Origin: a virus
Taxonomy: Duplodnaviria > Caudoviricetes
Virus record (IMG/VR): IMGVR_UViG_3300005330_000014
Coordinates: 32,001 to 96,000 of that record
Reading direction: 5' to 3' (one strand)
Length of the DNA: 64,000 nt
Shown here: piece by piece, positions 46,548-55,716 of the stretch
How positions within the stretch are numbered: position 1 is the stretch's first letter
How the letters are laid out: every line of letters begins with the position of its first letter
Position numbers and translations under genes: made by a program
Notes under the pieces: model-generated
Databases searched by the model: none
The model's input: only the letters and a program-made list of their open reading frames with translations
Told to the model about the DNA's origin: nothing

Positions 46548-46856
46548 TTACTCTAAATCACTCTCAATAACCAATGTTCTTTCCTGATTACTTAGAATCT
46601 CCGCATTTTCTAATACTTTCTTTATACTAGCATCGAAATGCAACCCTTGGCAAACAGGACAAATATCTATTTCTTTAAGAGTTAAACTTTCACACCCTTC
46701 ACAAACATGAAATCTATATGGATGATTTAATATTACTTCTCCATGTAATTGTCGCCGGGCTAGATCGAGCAATGCGGGCTGAGAATGAATATATTGTAAT
46801 TCAAGTAAAAGTGAGTCTGCGTCTTCATCATCATCATCGGGGATACAATGAGCCAT
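46548..46856 (-). CDS. Zn-ribbon hypothetical protein
   Basis: VCEGCES......ICPVC. Confidence 0.65.
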   Translation of the reverse strand: MAHCIPDDDDEDADSLLLELQYIHSQPALLDLARRQLHGEVILNHPYRFHVCEGCESLTLKEIDICPVCQGLHFDASIKKVLENAEILSNQERTLVIESDLE

Positions 46857-47054
46857 AAAAATTATTTAGTTGTTGACTGCATGATTGAGGGGGTTTTGGG
46901 CGGAATGCCATTCCAACAGATTGCGCGCGAACGGTCAAGATTTCTTTTGATTTTTGTTTTTTCGTTTCTTTCGTCTTTTTTTCTTATTCGGCAATGGTTC
47001 TACGTCATTGCGACCAAGTAATCCAATTGGACAAAGGCTCATAAATTTAGTTAG

Positions 47055-47573
47055 TTAATTTCCAAACCACCACTTATAAAAACATATCATACTCACTAGA
47101 TGAAAGAATTGATCGGTTACGACATAACAGATTGCAGAAAAGGAGCCGCGCAAAATGCGATAGTTTAGTTTTCTATTTTGACTTTCTTGTTCAGTTGCGG
47201 GCCACAAAAGAATATCGTTAATAGCTTTATCATTTCCTGCTTCGCCGTACCATTCCTTTGCAATTTCTTTTTTGAAATCAGGTATATCTAAATCACCGTT
47301 TTTCAAAAATCCAGTTAACGGACGACTGTGGATAATTTTTAGCCAAACATCTGCCAAAGAAAATCTATCAATAATCCAATGACTAACAAAAACGAAAGCT
47401 AACCAAACAGGATTTAGATTAGTTAGTAATGCAATACTCGCAGTATAAATTAGAACATGTAAAGTGCAAGTCCAATTACTTGCGCCCTTTTTTACAGCAA
47501 GAGAAGAGGGTTGAAGCAAAAAATCCCCCAAAATGTGTCCTACTACGACGGCAAAGAAAATATCAAAATTCAT
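47055..47573 (-). CDS. DUF3307-like membrane protein
   Basis: GHILGDFLLQ, H...Y, SHWIID, DQFFH. Confidence 0.75.
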   Translation of the reverse strand: MNFDIFFAVVVGHILGDFLLQPSSLAVKKGASNWTCTLHVLIYTASIALLTNLNPVWLAFVFVSHWIIDRFSLADVWLKIIHSRPLTGFLKNGDLDIPDFKKEIAKEWYGEAGNDKAINDILLWPATEQESQNRKLNYRILRGSFSAICYVVTDQFFHLVSMICFYKWWFGN

Positions 47574-47787
47574 AAAAATTAATTAAGTTAATTAATTAGT
47601 TAGTCAATTAGTTAAAACAAGTCCGTTTGATTCTTATCTTTATTTTGGTTATTCTTATTATATTTTCTTTTAGTTTGTATCGGGCTGGGCGGCTCAGTTA
47701 TCTCAATAATTTCCGACCCGGGGAATACCTTATCAACTAATTCAATTATTTCTTTAAGTTTCATTAAATTTAAACTTATTATTTTAT

Positions 47788-48096
47788 TTATTCTATTGTT
47801 TGTTCGGGCAACAAAACTGCTCCACCTTGGCTACTGACGAAAATCCGCCGCCCGGTTTTCTGATCCGTCCAAACAGAATGATATTCACCATTACTATATC
47901 CTGATTCAATGCAAATAACAGTGTAATTATTATTTGAATTTGTTTTTACCCGTTCTTTTAATTTGTTGTCACCAACTTGATTAATACCAACCACGTAAAT
48001 AATAAGCGCTGTTACAATAGCTAAAGCCACAACTATTCCAAAAAATTCCGGTAAGCCAAAAGCAGCCGTTGATTTAGTTAATTTTGAATTTTTCAT
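47788..48096 (-). CDS. Membrane-anchored hypothetical protein
   Basis: Single N-terminal TM. Confidence 0.65.
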   Translation of the reverse strand: MKNSKLTKSTAAFGLPEFFGIVVALAIVTALIIYVVGINQVGDNKLKERVKTNSNNNYTVICIESGYSNGEYHSVWTDQKTGRRIFVSSQGGAVLLPEQTIE

Positions 48097-48108
48097 ATTG
48101 ATTTAAAT

Positions 48109-48408
48109 TTAATTAGTTTTATCAGGCAGTCGTAGATAATCATATAATTTAGCCGCCCGGTTAATTGTTTCTTCGTCTGGATAAGTATCACCTTTTTTAG
48201 TATTGCACGGTTCACAACATGCAACTAAATTAGTTAATAACCATTGTTCGCCTCCGTGCATTAAAGGAATTACATGGTCAATTGTAAAAGATTGCCTAGT
48301 TAATTGTTTACTACAATAAAAGCATCGTCCGCGCGTAGCAATAAAAACAAGTATTCGCCCTTTTTTACTAAATTTATTTTTTGCGCCGCGAATTACAATA
48401 TCTAACAT
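48109..48408 (-). CDS. HNH endonuclease
   Basis: CFYC...TIDHVIP...GG...NLVACCEPCNTKKGD. Confidence 0.88.
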   Translation of the reverse strand: MLDIVIRGAKNKFSKKGRILVFIATRGRCFYCSKQLTRQSFTIDHVIPLMHGGEQWLLTNLVACCEPCNTKKGDTYPDEETINRAAKLYDYLRLPDKTN

Positions 48409-48525
48409 ACTTAGTTACTTAACTATTTAAAATCAGTAATGGGCGGAGCGCCGGAAATCGGCTCGTAAACGCTTTTATTTTCCACGGGTGCAACTTTAAT
48501 ATTACTAGAAATTTCTTCAATTCTT

Positions 48526-48909
48526 TCAAGGAAAATCCCCCCCACTATCTGAAGTATTAATATTATATACCCCTTTTTGCCGATAGTAAATTTTTACCTC
48601 TTTTTGATTATCCATGCTGGATTTTACCTGTTCAACTAAAAATGGCGGCACCGTGAAGTGAAAAGGAGCCGCGCCAAATGATCCGCTGCCATTGTTCATC
48701 CCGCCGCGAATCAATTCAGCTTCATATGTTTTATATTTAAATCCTTGATAATTTAGTTTAATAATTATCCCAATTTTTTCCCCTTCGGCGGGTTGATTAA
48801 ATCCGACACGCCCGAGAACAGGAATACAAATTCCAGCTAGAATAAGTATAATAGAAATAACCGTTAGTAACTCAATTAAAGTGAACGCTTTTAGCTTATT
48901 TATTTTCAT
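48526..48909 (-). CDS. Prepilin-type (class III signal) exported protein; probable frameshifted C-terminus extending to 48423
   Basis: KA/FTLIELLTVISIILILAG; paralog of 57660-58013. Confidence 0.7.
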   Translation of the reverse strand: MKINKLKAFTLIELLTVISIILILAGICIPVLGRVGFNQPAEGEKIGIIIKLNYQGFKYKTYEAELIRGGMNNGSGSFGAAPFHFTVPPFLVEQVKSSMDNQKEVKIYYRQKGVYNINTSDSGGDFP

Positions 48910-48934
48910 AGATTTGTTTTGTTAGTTAAAGAAG

Positions 48935-49008
48935 TGTCACTGGCGGAATTTGAATCCGCAACGTTCGGATTAGAAATCCGATGCTCTATCCAGTTGAGCT
49001 ACAGTGAC
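48935..49008 (-). tRNA. trnR: tRNA-Arg (TCT)
   Basis: GTCACTG/CAGTGAC, TCGGA-TTTCTAA-TCCGA, GCGGA-TTCAAAT-TCCGC. Confidence 0.93.
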
Positions 49009-49022
49009 GTATAAAGAGTTAA

Positions 49023-49328
49023 TTATTTAATTTTCATTACTATCTCACCTTTAACCTCCAAATTAATTAAAGGCGCGGGGATTGTAATTATTTCAACTAT
49101 TTTTGCGGGTTGCTCGGGCGGCTCAATTACAGTAATCGTCCCTTCAAAAACTGTTTCTTGTTCTTTTTTATATTTTTCTCCAAAATACCAAACTTCTTTA
49201 TCGTTAATCCGCCGGAATTGTAAAACTCCCAAATCTTCGCATACCACCCCAAGACTAAAAAATATAAAAGCAAAGAAAATCGCTATAAAAGGCAGAAGTA
49301 ATTTATCTGCTAGATCGTCTAGTAACAT
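49023..49328 (-). CDS. Membrane-anchored hypothetical protein
   Basis: N-terminal TM. Confidence 0.6.
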   Translation of the reverse strand: MLLDDLADKLLLPFIAIFFAFIFFSLGVVCEDLGVLQFRRINDKEVWYFGEKYKKEQETVFEGTITVIEPPEQPAKIVEIITIPAPLINLEVKGEIVMKIK

Positions 49329-49337
49329 AAAAATAAA

Positions 49338-49610
49338 TTAATTAGACGAAGAAGGAGCCCCTAAATGTATTAAACATTTCTTAGTAATTTCGCGCGCCTC
49401 AGTTAAGTCTTGTTCCGGGAAATCTTTTTTCTTAGCATTTTCAATAGCCCAGCCCGGTATATTTCGCTCTTGACCGTCAGAACAAGACATTAAGGCGATT
49501 CCGGGATCAGTTGTCCATTGTTTGAAAGTAGCTGTATATTTAGCTTTCCCGCCGGTCAATCCCCCTGTGAATCCATTATACGTAAAATTAAGAATAGAAT
49601 AAGATTTCAT
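49338..49610 (-). CDS. Hypothetical protein
   Basis: WT.DPGI...CSDG..R.IP motif. Confidence 0.65.
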   Translation of the reverse strand: MKSYSILNFTYNGFTGGLTGGKAKYTATFKQWTTDPGIALMSCSDGQERNIPGWAIENAKKKDFPEQDLTEAREITKKCLIHLGAPSSSN

Positions 49611-49627
49611 AAAATTTATTACTTTAT

Positions 49628-49945
49628 TTAACTAACCAATTCAATTTTAATCCGCCGGAATTTAGTATGAAAAGTTTCATTAGTGTCGGCCAAAATCTGA
49701 TTCCGCCGCCCGTGCAAATCTTGTTTAGTTACTTCCCGGACGCCCATATCTTTCCAAACGTCTCCCACTTGGACTTTCTTATTGCCCGGTTTTACCAATT
49801 TAATTACCAATTCATTTTGTTTAGCACCCGACTTACAAAACAAAACTTGGAAACCTTTAACTTCTTGCTTAACACTGTCCAGCAAAGTTTTTTGATAAGT
49901 AGATTTATTAGAATTAGACTTAGAATTAGATTGTTTGGGATTCAT
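49628..49945 (-). CDS. Hypothetical protein
   Basis: Follows promoter. Confidence 0.6.
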   Translation of the reverse strand: MNPKQSNSKSNSNKSTYQKTLLDSVKQEVKGFQVLFCKSGAKQNELVIKLVKPGNKKVQVGDVWKDMGVREVTKQDLHGRRNQILADTNETFHTKFRRIKIELVS

Positions 49946-49993
49946 AGAGTTGTTAATGTTAATGTAGTCGATTGGAATTTTGTGTGGATTTAT

Positions 49994-50021
49994 ATCCTAA
50001 CACGTAGCTGCACGGCGTCAA
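49994..50021 (-). promoter_or_regulatory. Sigma-70-type promoter
   Basis: TTGACG-N16-TAGGAT with extended TG. Confidence 0.75.
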
Positions 50022-50073
50022 GGAAAATCTTTGGATTTTTTATTTTTTTGCTTTTCTGTAATTTGCCAAGAAA

Positions 50074-50316
50074 TTACTTTAAATAATCATCTTCATCCAC
50101 TTTAAAATACATGTAAGCATCTGGATAATTAATTACTTGTTCGGCCTCAGAAACCAGCCGCGCGGCCCATTCATCCTCGCTAATTTCAGGTTTATGAGCA
50201 GAAATTTGATTAATTATTTGACCAGTTTGAGCATCAAATTTAAATGTAGCATTCAAGGAATTTAAATCGATGTTATAAGTATGTTTATTATTATTTGGAT
50301 TATTTAGATTGTCCAT
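50074..50316 (-). CDS. Hypothetical protein
   Basis: Co-oriented ORF. Confidence 0.55.
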   Translation of the reverse strand: MDNLNNPNNNKHTYNIDLNSLNATFKFDAQTGQIINQISAHKPEISEDEWAARLVSEAEQVINYPDAYMYFKVDEDDYLK

Positions 50317-50348
50317 AATTGTAATATTTAATAATTTAAGCTATTTAA

Positions 50349-50606
50349 TTACGCAAAATAAATAGTTACTCCACATTGGCGATATCCTTGTGTTTTTAGT
50401 TCCGCTTCGACAATCAGACGATTTTTGTCCTCCAAAGCACTAAACGAAGCGGGCAAGGTAACATCTGTTTGCTTATTTGCAGTCGCCCTTCTAATGGCTT
50501 CATTAATATCATTATAAACAATAGATAATTTTTCTCTTTCTCTCACAATCGCTGCTTGATACATTTGCCGAGCTTCTGTTTGAGGTATTAAAGTAATTTT
50601 GTCCAT
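50349..50606 (-). CDS. Hypothetical protein
   Basis: ATG at 50606 (MDKITL) avoids overlap. Confidence 0.6.
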   Translation of the reverse strand: MDKITLIPQTEARQMYQAAIVREREKLSIVYNDINEAIRRATANKQTDVTLPASFSALEDKNRLIVEAELKTQGYRQCGVTIYFA

Positions 50607-50619
50607 AATTTTATTATTA

Positions 50620-50892
50620 TTAATGTGTCCCCGCAGTGACTTCGGGCGCTTGCAAAATAAAAGCAGCACTACCACTATCTTTATTGTTTATTGATTTAAT
50701 CTGTCCATCCTTGTCATCCAAAAATTCAATACCATTAGAAGTATATTTGTAATATTGAGTGTGATAAATAGTAACTCCGTTAATACAATCCATTACTTCA
50801 ATATCCGCGCGGATATTAACAAAATTGTGACTGTATACATAACTCAAAACCAAGGCAGAAAACGCGGCTTTAGCATAAAAAATAAAAGGCAT
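50620..50892 (-). CDS. Hypothetical protein
   Basis: Co-oriented ORF. Confidence 0.5.
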   Translation of the reverse strand: MPFIFYAKAAFSALVLSYVYSHNFVNIRADIEVMDCINGVTIYHTQYYKYTSNGIEFLDDKDGQIKSINNKDSGSAAFILQAPEVTAGTH

Positions 50893-51028
50893 AAATTAAA
50901 TAGTTAGAGCTAGCTACAGAGAACTTACAAACAGTATAGCTATAAAAGTGAATATGGACAAAACCAGATATTGAACGGGCATAACGTTAATTGTTAGTTG
51001 TTAACTATTTGATTTTTATCTTAATTGG

Positions 51029-51706
51029 TCAATCCAAATATACTACTTTCCCATTAACAATTTTATATCGCCGCCCGTTGTCATCCGTGCGAATATTACT
51101 ATGACTATCAATTTTATTGTGTGCTCCTTTATCTAGAGAAGTTCCGCCGCGCGATGGAACGGGAGTTGTTTGCGCGGGTGCATCCGGCGGGGCAGGAGTG
51201 GCAGAAGGAACAGGAGTAGTAGGCACATATTTCGCCCGAGCTTGTGCTAATTGATCTGCTGAAATATACTTTTGAGCAATATCTAAATCATTAGTATATT
51301 CATTTTCCTTAAGAGTTAATTTATCTCCTTCTCCAGTAACTAAAAATTCTCCTTGCTTGGTCAACATAGAGCCGGGCTTATAACCTTTAATCGAATCGGG
51401 CGTTTCCACCGATTTATAAACAATTAAAATAAAACTACCTTCTTGCAGAATATGCGGAGGCGTGACTACGGGGGGCGGCGTTACACTAGGAGTCCGCGCG
51501 GGAGCAGTAATAACAGGCTTAGGCGTTTCCAAAACCACGGCAGGCGGTAGCGTTGCCGGGGCAGCCTCAATTACTTGATTAGTTTGATTAACTTGATTAT
51601 CATTATTTGCCACAGTAGTTTTCTCGTGGCAGCCCAAAAGCCCAAAGAGCCCAAAGGCACAAAGGGCAATAATGAAACAGTTTCGATAATTACGATTAGT
51701 TTTCAT
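51029..51706 (-). CDS. Pro/Thr-rich lipoprotein
   Basis: Signal peptide with LLG/C lipobox; two Pro-rich linkers. Confidence 0.7.
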   Translation of the reverse strand: MKTNRNYRNCFIIALCAFGLFGLLGCHEKTTVANNDNQVNQTNQVIEAAPATLPPAVVLETPKPVITAPARTPSVTPPPVVTPPHILQEGSFILIVYKSVETPDSIKGYKPGSMLTKQGEFLVTGEGDKLTLKENEYTNDLDIAQKYISADQLAQARAKYVPTTPVPSATPAPPDAPAQTTPVPSRGGTSLDKGAHNKIDSHSNIRTDDNGRRYKIVNGKVVYLD

Positions 51707-51918
51707 GTTGTTAGTTTAGTTAGTTTTGAGTTTAATACTGCTTATACTATATATACTATACTTATGTTCTTATGTTTTATGCTTATACTTCATTTTTCTT
51801 TCTTTTTCTTCCTCTAGTTGAATCTTTAAAAGTTGTCCTAATTTATGGAATTCCGCGCGGCCTTTCCTCATTCGCTTTTCTTGTTTAGCTTCTAATTTAA
51901 GAAATTGTTGTTGTTGCT

Positions 51919-52110
51919 TCATACTCCGCCGGATTCACATAGAGCTTTTTCTTTTTTAGTTAAAGAGCCCCAAAGATTTTTCGCCGTTTTTCGAGGCTTT
52001 CCTTTTAGAGTCATAAAAGCCGACCAAAATAATGCCCCTAAAGATGTATAATCTTTTTCTTTTTTGAGCAATGTAAATTGTTTAGTTAGTTCTTTGGATT
52101 TCATAATCAA
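51919..52110 (-). CDS. Hypothetical protein
   Basis: Packed ORF. Confidence 0.55.
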   Translation of the reverse strand: MIMKSKELTKQFTLLKKEKDYTSLGALFWSAFMTLKGKPRKTAKNLWGSLTKKEKALCESGGV

Positions 52111-52309
52111 ACTGAATTAGTGGTACGTCAGATTCCGCCATTACATACGCATTTATAAACGCTCGTTTGATGTCTGTCAAGAACTTTTTTCGTTCCTCTG
52201 TGGTTCTCAAATCATCTAATTTATCCAAGTCAATATTCACTCCGCACGCATAAGTAATATGAGGAAATACTACAAATAGTTGTTTAATTGGGCCGGGCGG
52301 AAGATTCAC
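52082..52309 (-). CDS. Hypothetical protein
   Basis: Packed ORF. Confidence 0.6.
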   Translation of the reverse strand: MNLPPGPIKQLFVVFPHITYACGVNIDLDKLDDLRTTEERKKFLTDIKRAFINAYVMAESDVPLIQFDYEIQRTN

Positions 52310-52563
52310 GATTGATTATCTTTTGATTTTTGAATCAATACGGTCAATAATTTAATTATATATTTAGATAGTAATTTCCCTAATGATTGAAATAGGAGTA
52401 TCACATATCCAATAAACACCACCAATAAAAACGTCGGCCAAAATAACAAGGGTAAAAATATAAACTCATTCTCGACGATATCTATAAAATGAGCAATGTA
52501 GGCTATGCATACTCCGATAAACAAATAGCCCAAAATACCCAAAAAGATAATTAAAATTGTCAT
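52306..52563 (-). CDS. Small membrane protein
   Basis: YL.IG...LFWP pattern, 2 TM. Confidence 0.65.
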   Translation of the reverse strand: MTILIIFLGILGYLFIGVCIAYIAHFIDIVENEFIFLPLLFWPTFLLVVFIGYVILLFQSLGKLLSKYIIKLLTVLIQKSKDNQS

Positions 52564-52777
52564 AGTTTATTCTTTTATTCTTTTGTTCTTTATTGTTAAT
52601 TAATCCAAGTTGCCCGTGCGGACTAATCGAGTATTAGCTTCCATTGCTAAACTCCAATACTCATTTATTTTAGTTAGGTCGTTAGTGCGCCGGGCTTTGA
52701 ATTTATAATATTCCCGCGCGGCAAAATGTTTAATTGATTGAAGCAGAGTATGCATAATTTTATTTTTTGATTAATCA

Positions 52778-53209
52778 TTAATTAATCTTAATATAACTAA
52801 AATATAATCTATCAATGTCCATTTTAACAATTGACCCTAAGAATACGTTGTTAAAAATTACTTTAAGTTTTACTTTTTCTTCTCTGCAATCGACCACTTC
52901 ATATTTCATACTATATTCATTCCAAGGATCGGGATAACCCGAACAGAAAACAAAAATATCTCCAATATGGATTGGCGGGAGGATTTTAGTATAAAATTCG
53001 TAAATTGCGCGTTTATCCCTGCTGGTAGAAATTGTTGATTTATCCGCAAACCGGACAAAATCTAAATTAACTATATTGCCCCGGATTTTAGTTACTTTAT
53101 AATAATGACCATCAGTACGAAATACGCTTACAAAGCAATCTCCCACTTGGATTTTAGGTAAAAAACAATACAGCCCGAAATGATAGAGTAATGATTTTAG
53201 AACATTCAT
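52778..53209 (-). CDS. Hypothetical protein with two SH3-like repeats
   Basis: IQVGDCF... and IHIGDIF... repeats. Confidence 0.6.
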   Translation of the reverse strand: MNVLKSLLYHFGLYCFLPKIQVGDCFVSVFRTDGHYYKVTKIRGNIVNLDFVRFADKSTISTSRDKRAIYEFYTKILPPIHIGDIFVFCSGYPDPWNEYSMKYEVVDCREEKVKLKVIFNNVFLGSIVKMDIDRLYFSYIKIN

Positions 53210-53275
53210 ATTATTTATTATTTATTTATGTTTGTGGTATTTAATTAACAAGACAGCAAGACAAAACTTAACAAC

Positions 53276-53524
53276 TTAACATTCGGCATCTTCAATTTTT
53301 TCAAATAGTTCCTCGTGATGAATTAAAAGACTTAAAACGTAAGTTTCCGCGCCGGGGGCATTCGCGGTGCTTTCAGTAATCGAAGCCCTCCAAATTTCTT
53401 TACGATTATTTTTAATTTTAATTATTCGGACAGGCACCCATTTACGAGAAACCAATGATTCGCTTTTTGGCTTAGTATACGGGTTGCCGAATCTAACATG
53501 AATAGAATCATTATGATTACTCAT
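53276..53524 (-). CDS. Hypothetical protein
   Basis: Co-oriented ORF. Confidence 0.55.
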   Translation of the reverse strand: MSNHNDSIHVRFGNPYTKPKSESLVSRKWVPVRIIKIKNNRKEIWRASITESTANAPGAETYVLSLLIHHEELFEKIEDAEC

Positions 53525-53568
53525 AGCTTAATACAATGTTGAGTAACTTGAATAATTAATAATTACAA

Positions 53569-54369
53569 TTACCTTTTCGCCTGTTTGGTTTTAATCTTGT
53601 TAGATTGCTTATTCTTCTTCTTCTTATTCTTACTTTTAATTATCTTAATTACTTGTTTGGAAGATTTTACGGCAGGTTTAGAAAGTTTTTTTACTACTTT
53701 AACTGCTTTCTTAATTAATTTCTTAGTCTTGGGTGATTGTGCCTTAACTACTTTAGTTTGAACTTCGGTAACGATTTTAAACACATTAGTTGGACGCCCC
53801 CGGCCACTCGGCTGCGGAATTTGTTTAACTACTTCAAATTTAGCTATTTTTAGCTTAGTTTGCCGTGCGATTTCATTTGAAATAATATATGGCTTAACGT
53901 TTAATTTATCCGCCAATTCCTTGACTGTAAAATTGCCTTTGGGGAATTCAATAACTGCTTGATTAAGGCGCGGCCTACCTCTTTTCCCGGCCACCCTATT
54001 CTTATCTTTTACTACTTCAATATATTTTAGTTCACTTGGAACGTTGCGGGCAGGATTGCTAGTGCCGTGGCTTTCTCGATTTTCTCCAGATTGAGTTTTT
54101 TCTTTTTGGTTAGATTTAATCGTTTCCGCCGCTGAGTGAGTATCGTTAGTTTTCTGTTTATTTTCTTCATTTTTTGCCAAAGCTAATTGATCTTGATCAT
54201 ATAATACTCTATAATTTAATTTAACATTTTTATCTTTAAAACTGAAAGTGCTAACTTTAGTTTGCGAAGTCTTGGCCCGATGCCAAACATGTTTACGCCA
54301 AATTACTTTACTAATATCAGCGGGGGCATCACTTAGGGAAACGAGAGTTTTTGGAGTGAGAGTTTTCAT
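53569..54369 (-). CDS. AT-hook + winged-helix DNA-binding protein with Lys-rich tail
   Basis: GKRGRPR, FPK..FTVKELADKL, SGRGRPTNVF, H1-like tail. Confidence 0.7.
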   Translation of the reverse strand: MKTLTPKTLVSLSDAPADISKVIWRKHVWHRAKTSQTKVSTFSFKDKNVKLNYRVLYDQDQLALAKNEENKQKTNDTHSAAETIKSNQKEKTQSGENRESHGTSNPARNVPSELKYIEVVKDKNRVAGKRGRPRLNQAVIEFPKGNFTVKELADKLNVKPYIISNEIARQTKLKIAKFEVVKQIPQPSGRGRPTNVFKIVTEVQTKVVKAQSPKTKKLIKKAVKVVKKLSKPAVKSSKQVIKIIKSKNKKKKNKQSNKIKTKQAKR

Positions 54370-54378
54370 AGCGTCACC

Positions 54379-54406
54379 ATTTTAACACACGCGGATTCAC
54401 TGTCAA
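54379..54406 (-). promoter_or_regulatory. Sigma-70-type promoter
   Basis: TTGACA-N16-TAAAAT with extended TG. Confidence 0.85.
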
Positions 54407-54528
54407 GGAAAACTTTCGTTTTAAATTTTAGAACAAATCAGTCCAAAATACAGGAGAAAATGAAACCGACAATAAATGCCCACAAGAATAATTTAACCCA
54501 ATCGATTTCCATAAATTAATATATAATA

Positions 54529-55560
54529 TCAAGGATTCATTTCTAATTTCAGAAAATAAACGAAATCCTTTTTAATTGTTTCTGAAGATTCTTTTTCCAG
54601 ATAAGAGATATAAGATTCTTGTGGATCGCCAGTTTCAATGAACCTTTTAAATCCATTTAAGGCCGCGCCCAAGTCTTTTCCTTCTAGTCCACTAATTTCT
54701 CGTGCAATATTGCCATTAAATTTCTTGCTATTTTCCCTAATCTTTAAAAACTTTTGTCTTTCTTCTTCAATTCTTTGCTTAATAGGCCATTTTTGGTCAA
54801 TTATATTAATCCAATCGCGTTTCCGCCCGAATTCATAATTTTTATCATATTGAGGATGCGCTTCCAGCCATTTAAGAAATTGCATGAAAACCGTCCGCTT
54901 TCTATTCCGCGTGCGATTCTGATGATTTAAATTTTCTAGTTTGAAATTTTTCCCACAAAAATATCTAGTGGAAGTAATATATATAAACATTTCTTCCAAG
55001 GTATCGAAGCCGCGCGAATAAACATCGCAATCATAACCTAAAAATTCCATGATTTCGCGCGGATTTTTAGATAGAGTCAAAGTATCAATAATATGGTCCG
55101 AAGAATTTTCGGTAGATTCATCAAATAACTTTTGTCTAATTGGAAATCTTAAACCCTGCCAACCGTGATTCAGCCCCATATGGTGAGCAGTTCTTCCAAT
55201 TAAATTATTACAATCGTTATAGGATAAATAATTAACAACACACTCAATATCTGCCGGTTGTCGGCAAATCAAATCACATTGGAAATTCTGAAAATCAAAA
55301 CTATATACTCCGTCATTGGTATGAATGGCGCGCGGATTAAACTGAGTTTCGATTACTTTCTTTAAATCAATTTTTTGATTATATTCAACCACTGCGTCCA
55401 AGTCACCAAAATCCGGCTTATTTCTGTAAAATGGTAACTTAAAAATTTTTAATCCGGCGGATTCAATTCTTTTAATTACTTCAGATTCTAATATTAAGTA
55501 CTCTGATTGAGGTAATCGAATAGTCTCGATGCCATATTTTTGTAATGCGACGCCGCCCAT
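54529..55560 (-). CDS. Pol-beta-superfamily nucleotidyltransferase-like protein
   Basis: FYRNKPDFGDLDAVV (GDxD), FQCDLI third acidic residue. Confidence 0.7.
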   Translation of the reverse strand: MGGVALQKYGIETIRLPQSEYLILESEVIKRIESAGLKIFKLPFYRNKPDFGDLDAVVEYNQKIDLKKVIETQFNPRAIHTNDGVYSFDFQNFQCDLICRQPADIECVVNYLSYNDCNNLIGRTAHHMGLNHGWQGLRFPIRQKLFDESTENSSDHIIDTLTLSKNPREIMEFLGYDCDVYSRGFDTLEEMFIYITSTRYFCGKNFKLENLNHQNRTRNRKRTVFMQFLKWLEAHPQYDKNYEFGRKRDWINIIDQKWPIKQRIEEERQKFLKIRENSKKFNGNIAREISGLEGKDLGAALNGFKRFIETGDPQESYISYLEKESSETIKKDFVYFLKLEMNP

Positions 55561-55582
55561 ATAATTAATAGATTATTACATA

Positions 55583-55626
55583 AATAGAAACGCGCGGAAC
55601 AAATCTTAGACTTTTGTCCGCGCGTT
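55583..55626 (-). terminator. Terminator closing the TROVE transcript
   Basis: AACGCGCGGA/TCCGCGCGTT stem followed by TCTATTT. Confidence 0.65.
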
Positions 55627-55639
55627 GCGTTGATTAGGC

Positions 55640-55690
55640 TAGATTCGGTTTTTTGTTTTTGCAGAACGTTTTAGTTGCTGAACGAATCTA
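55640..55690 (-). ncRNA. TROVE-associated hairpin repeat, copy 4
   Basis: TAGATTCG-TTCAGCAA...AAAC-CGAATCTA. Confidence 0.7.
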
Positions 55691-55716
55691 AAATTTAGAA
55701 GTAATTAAGTAATTAG

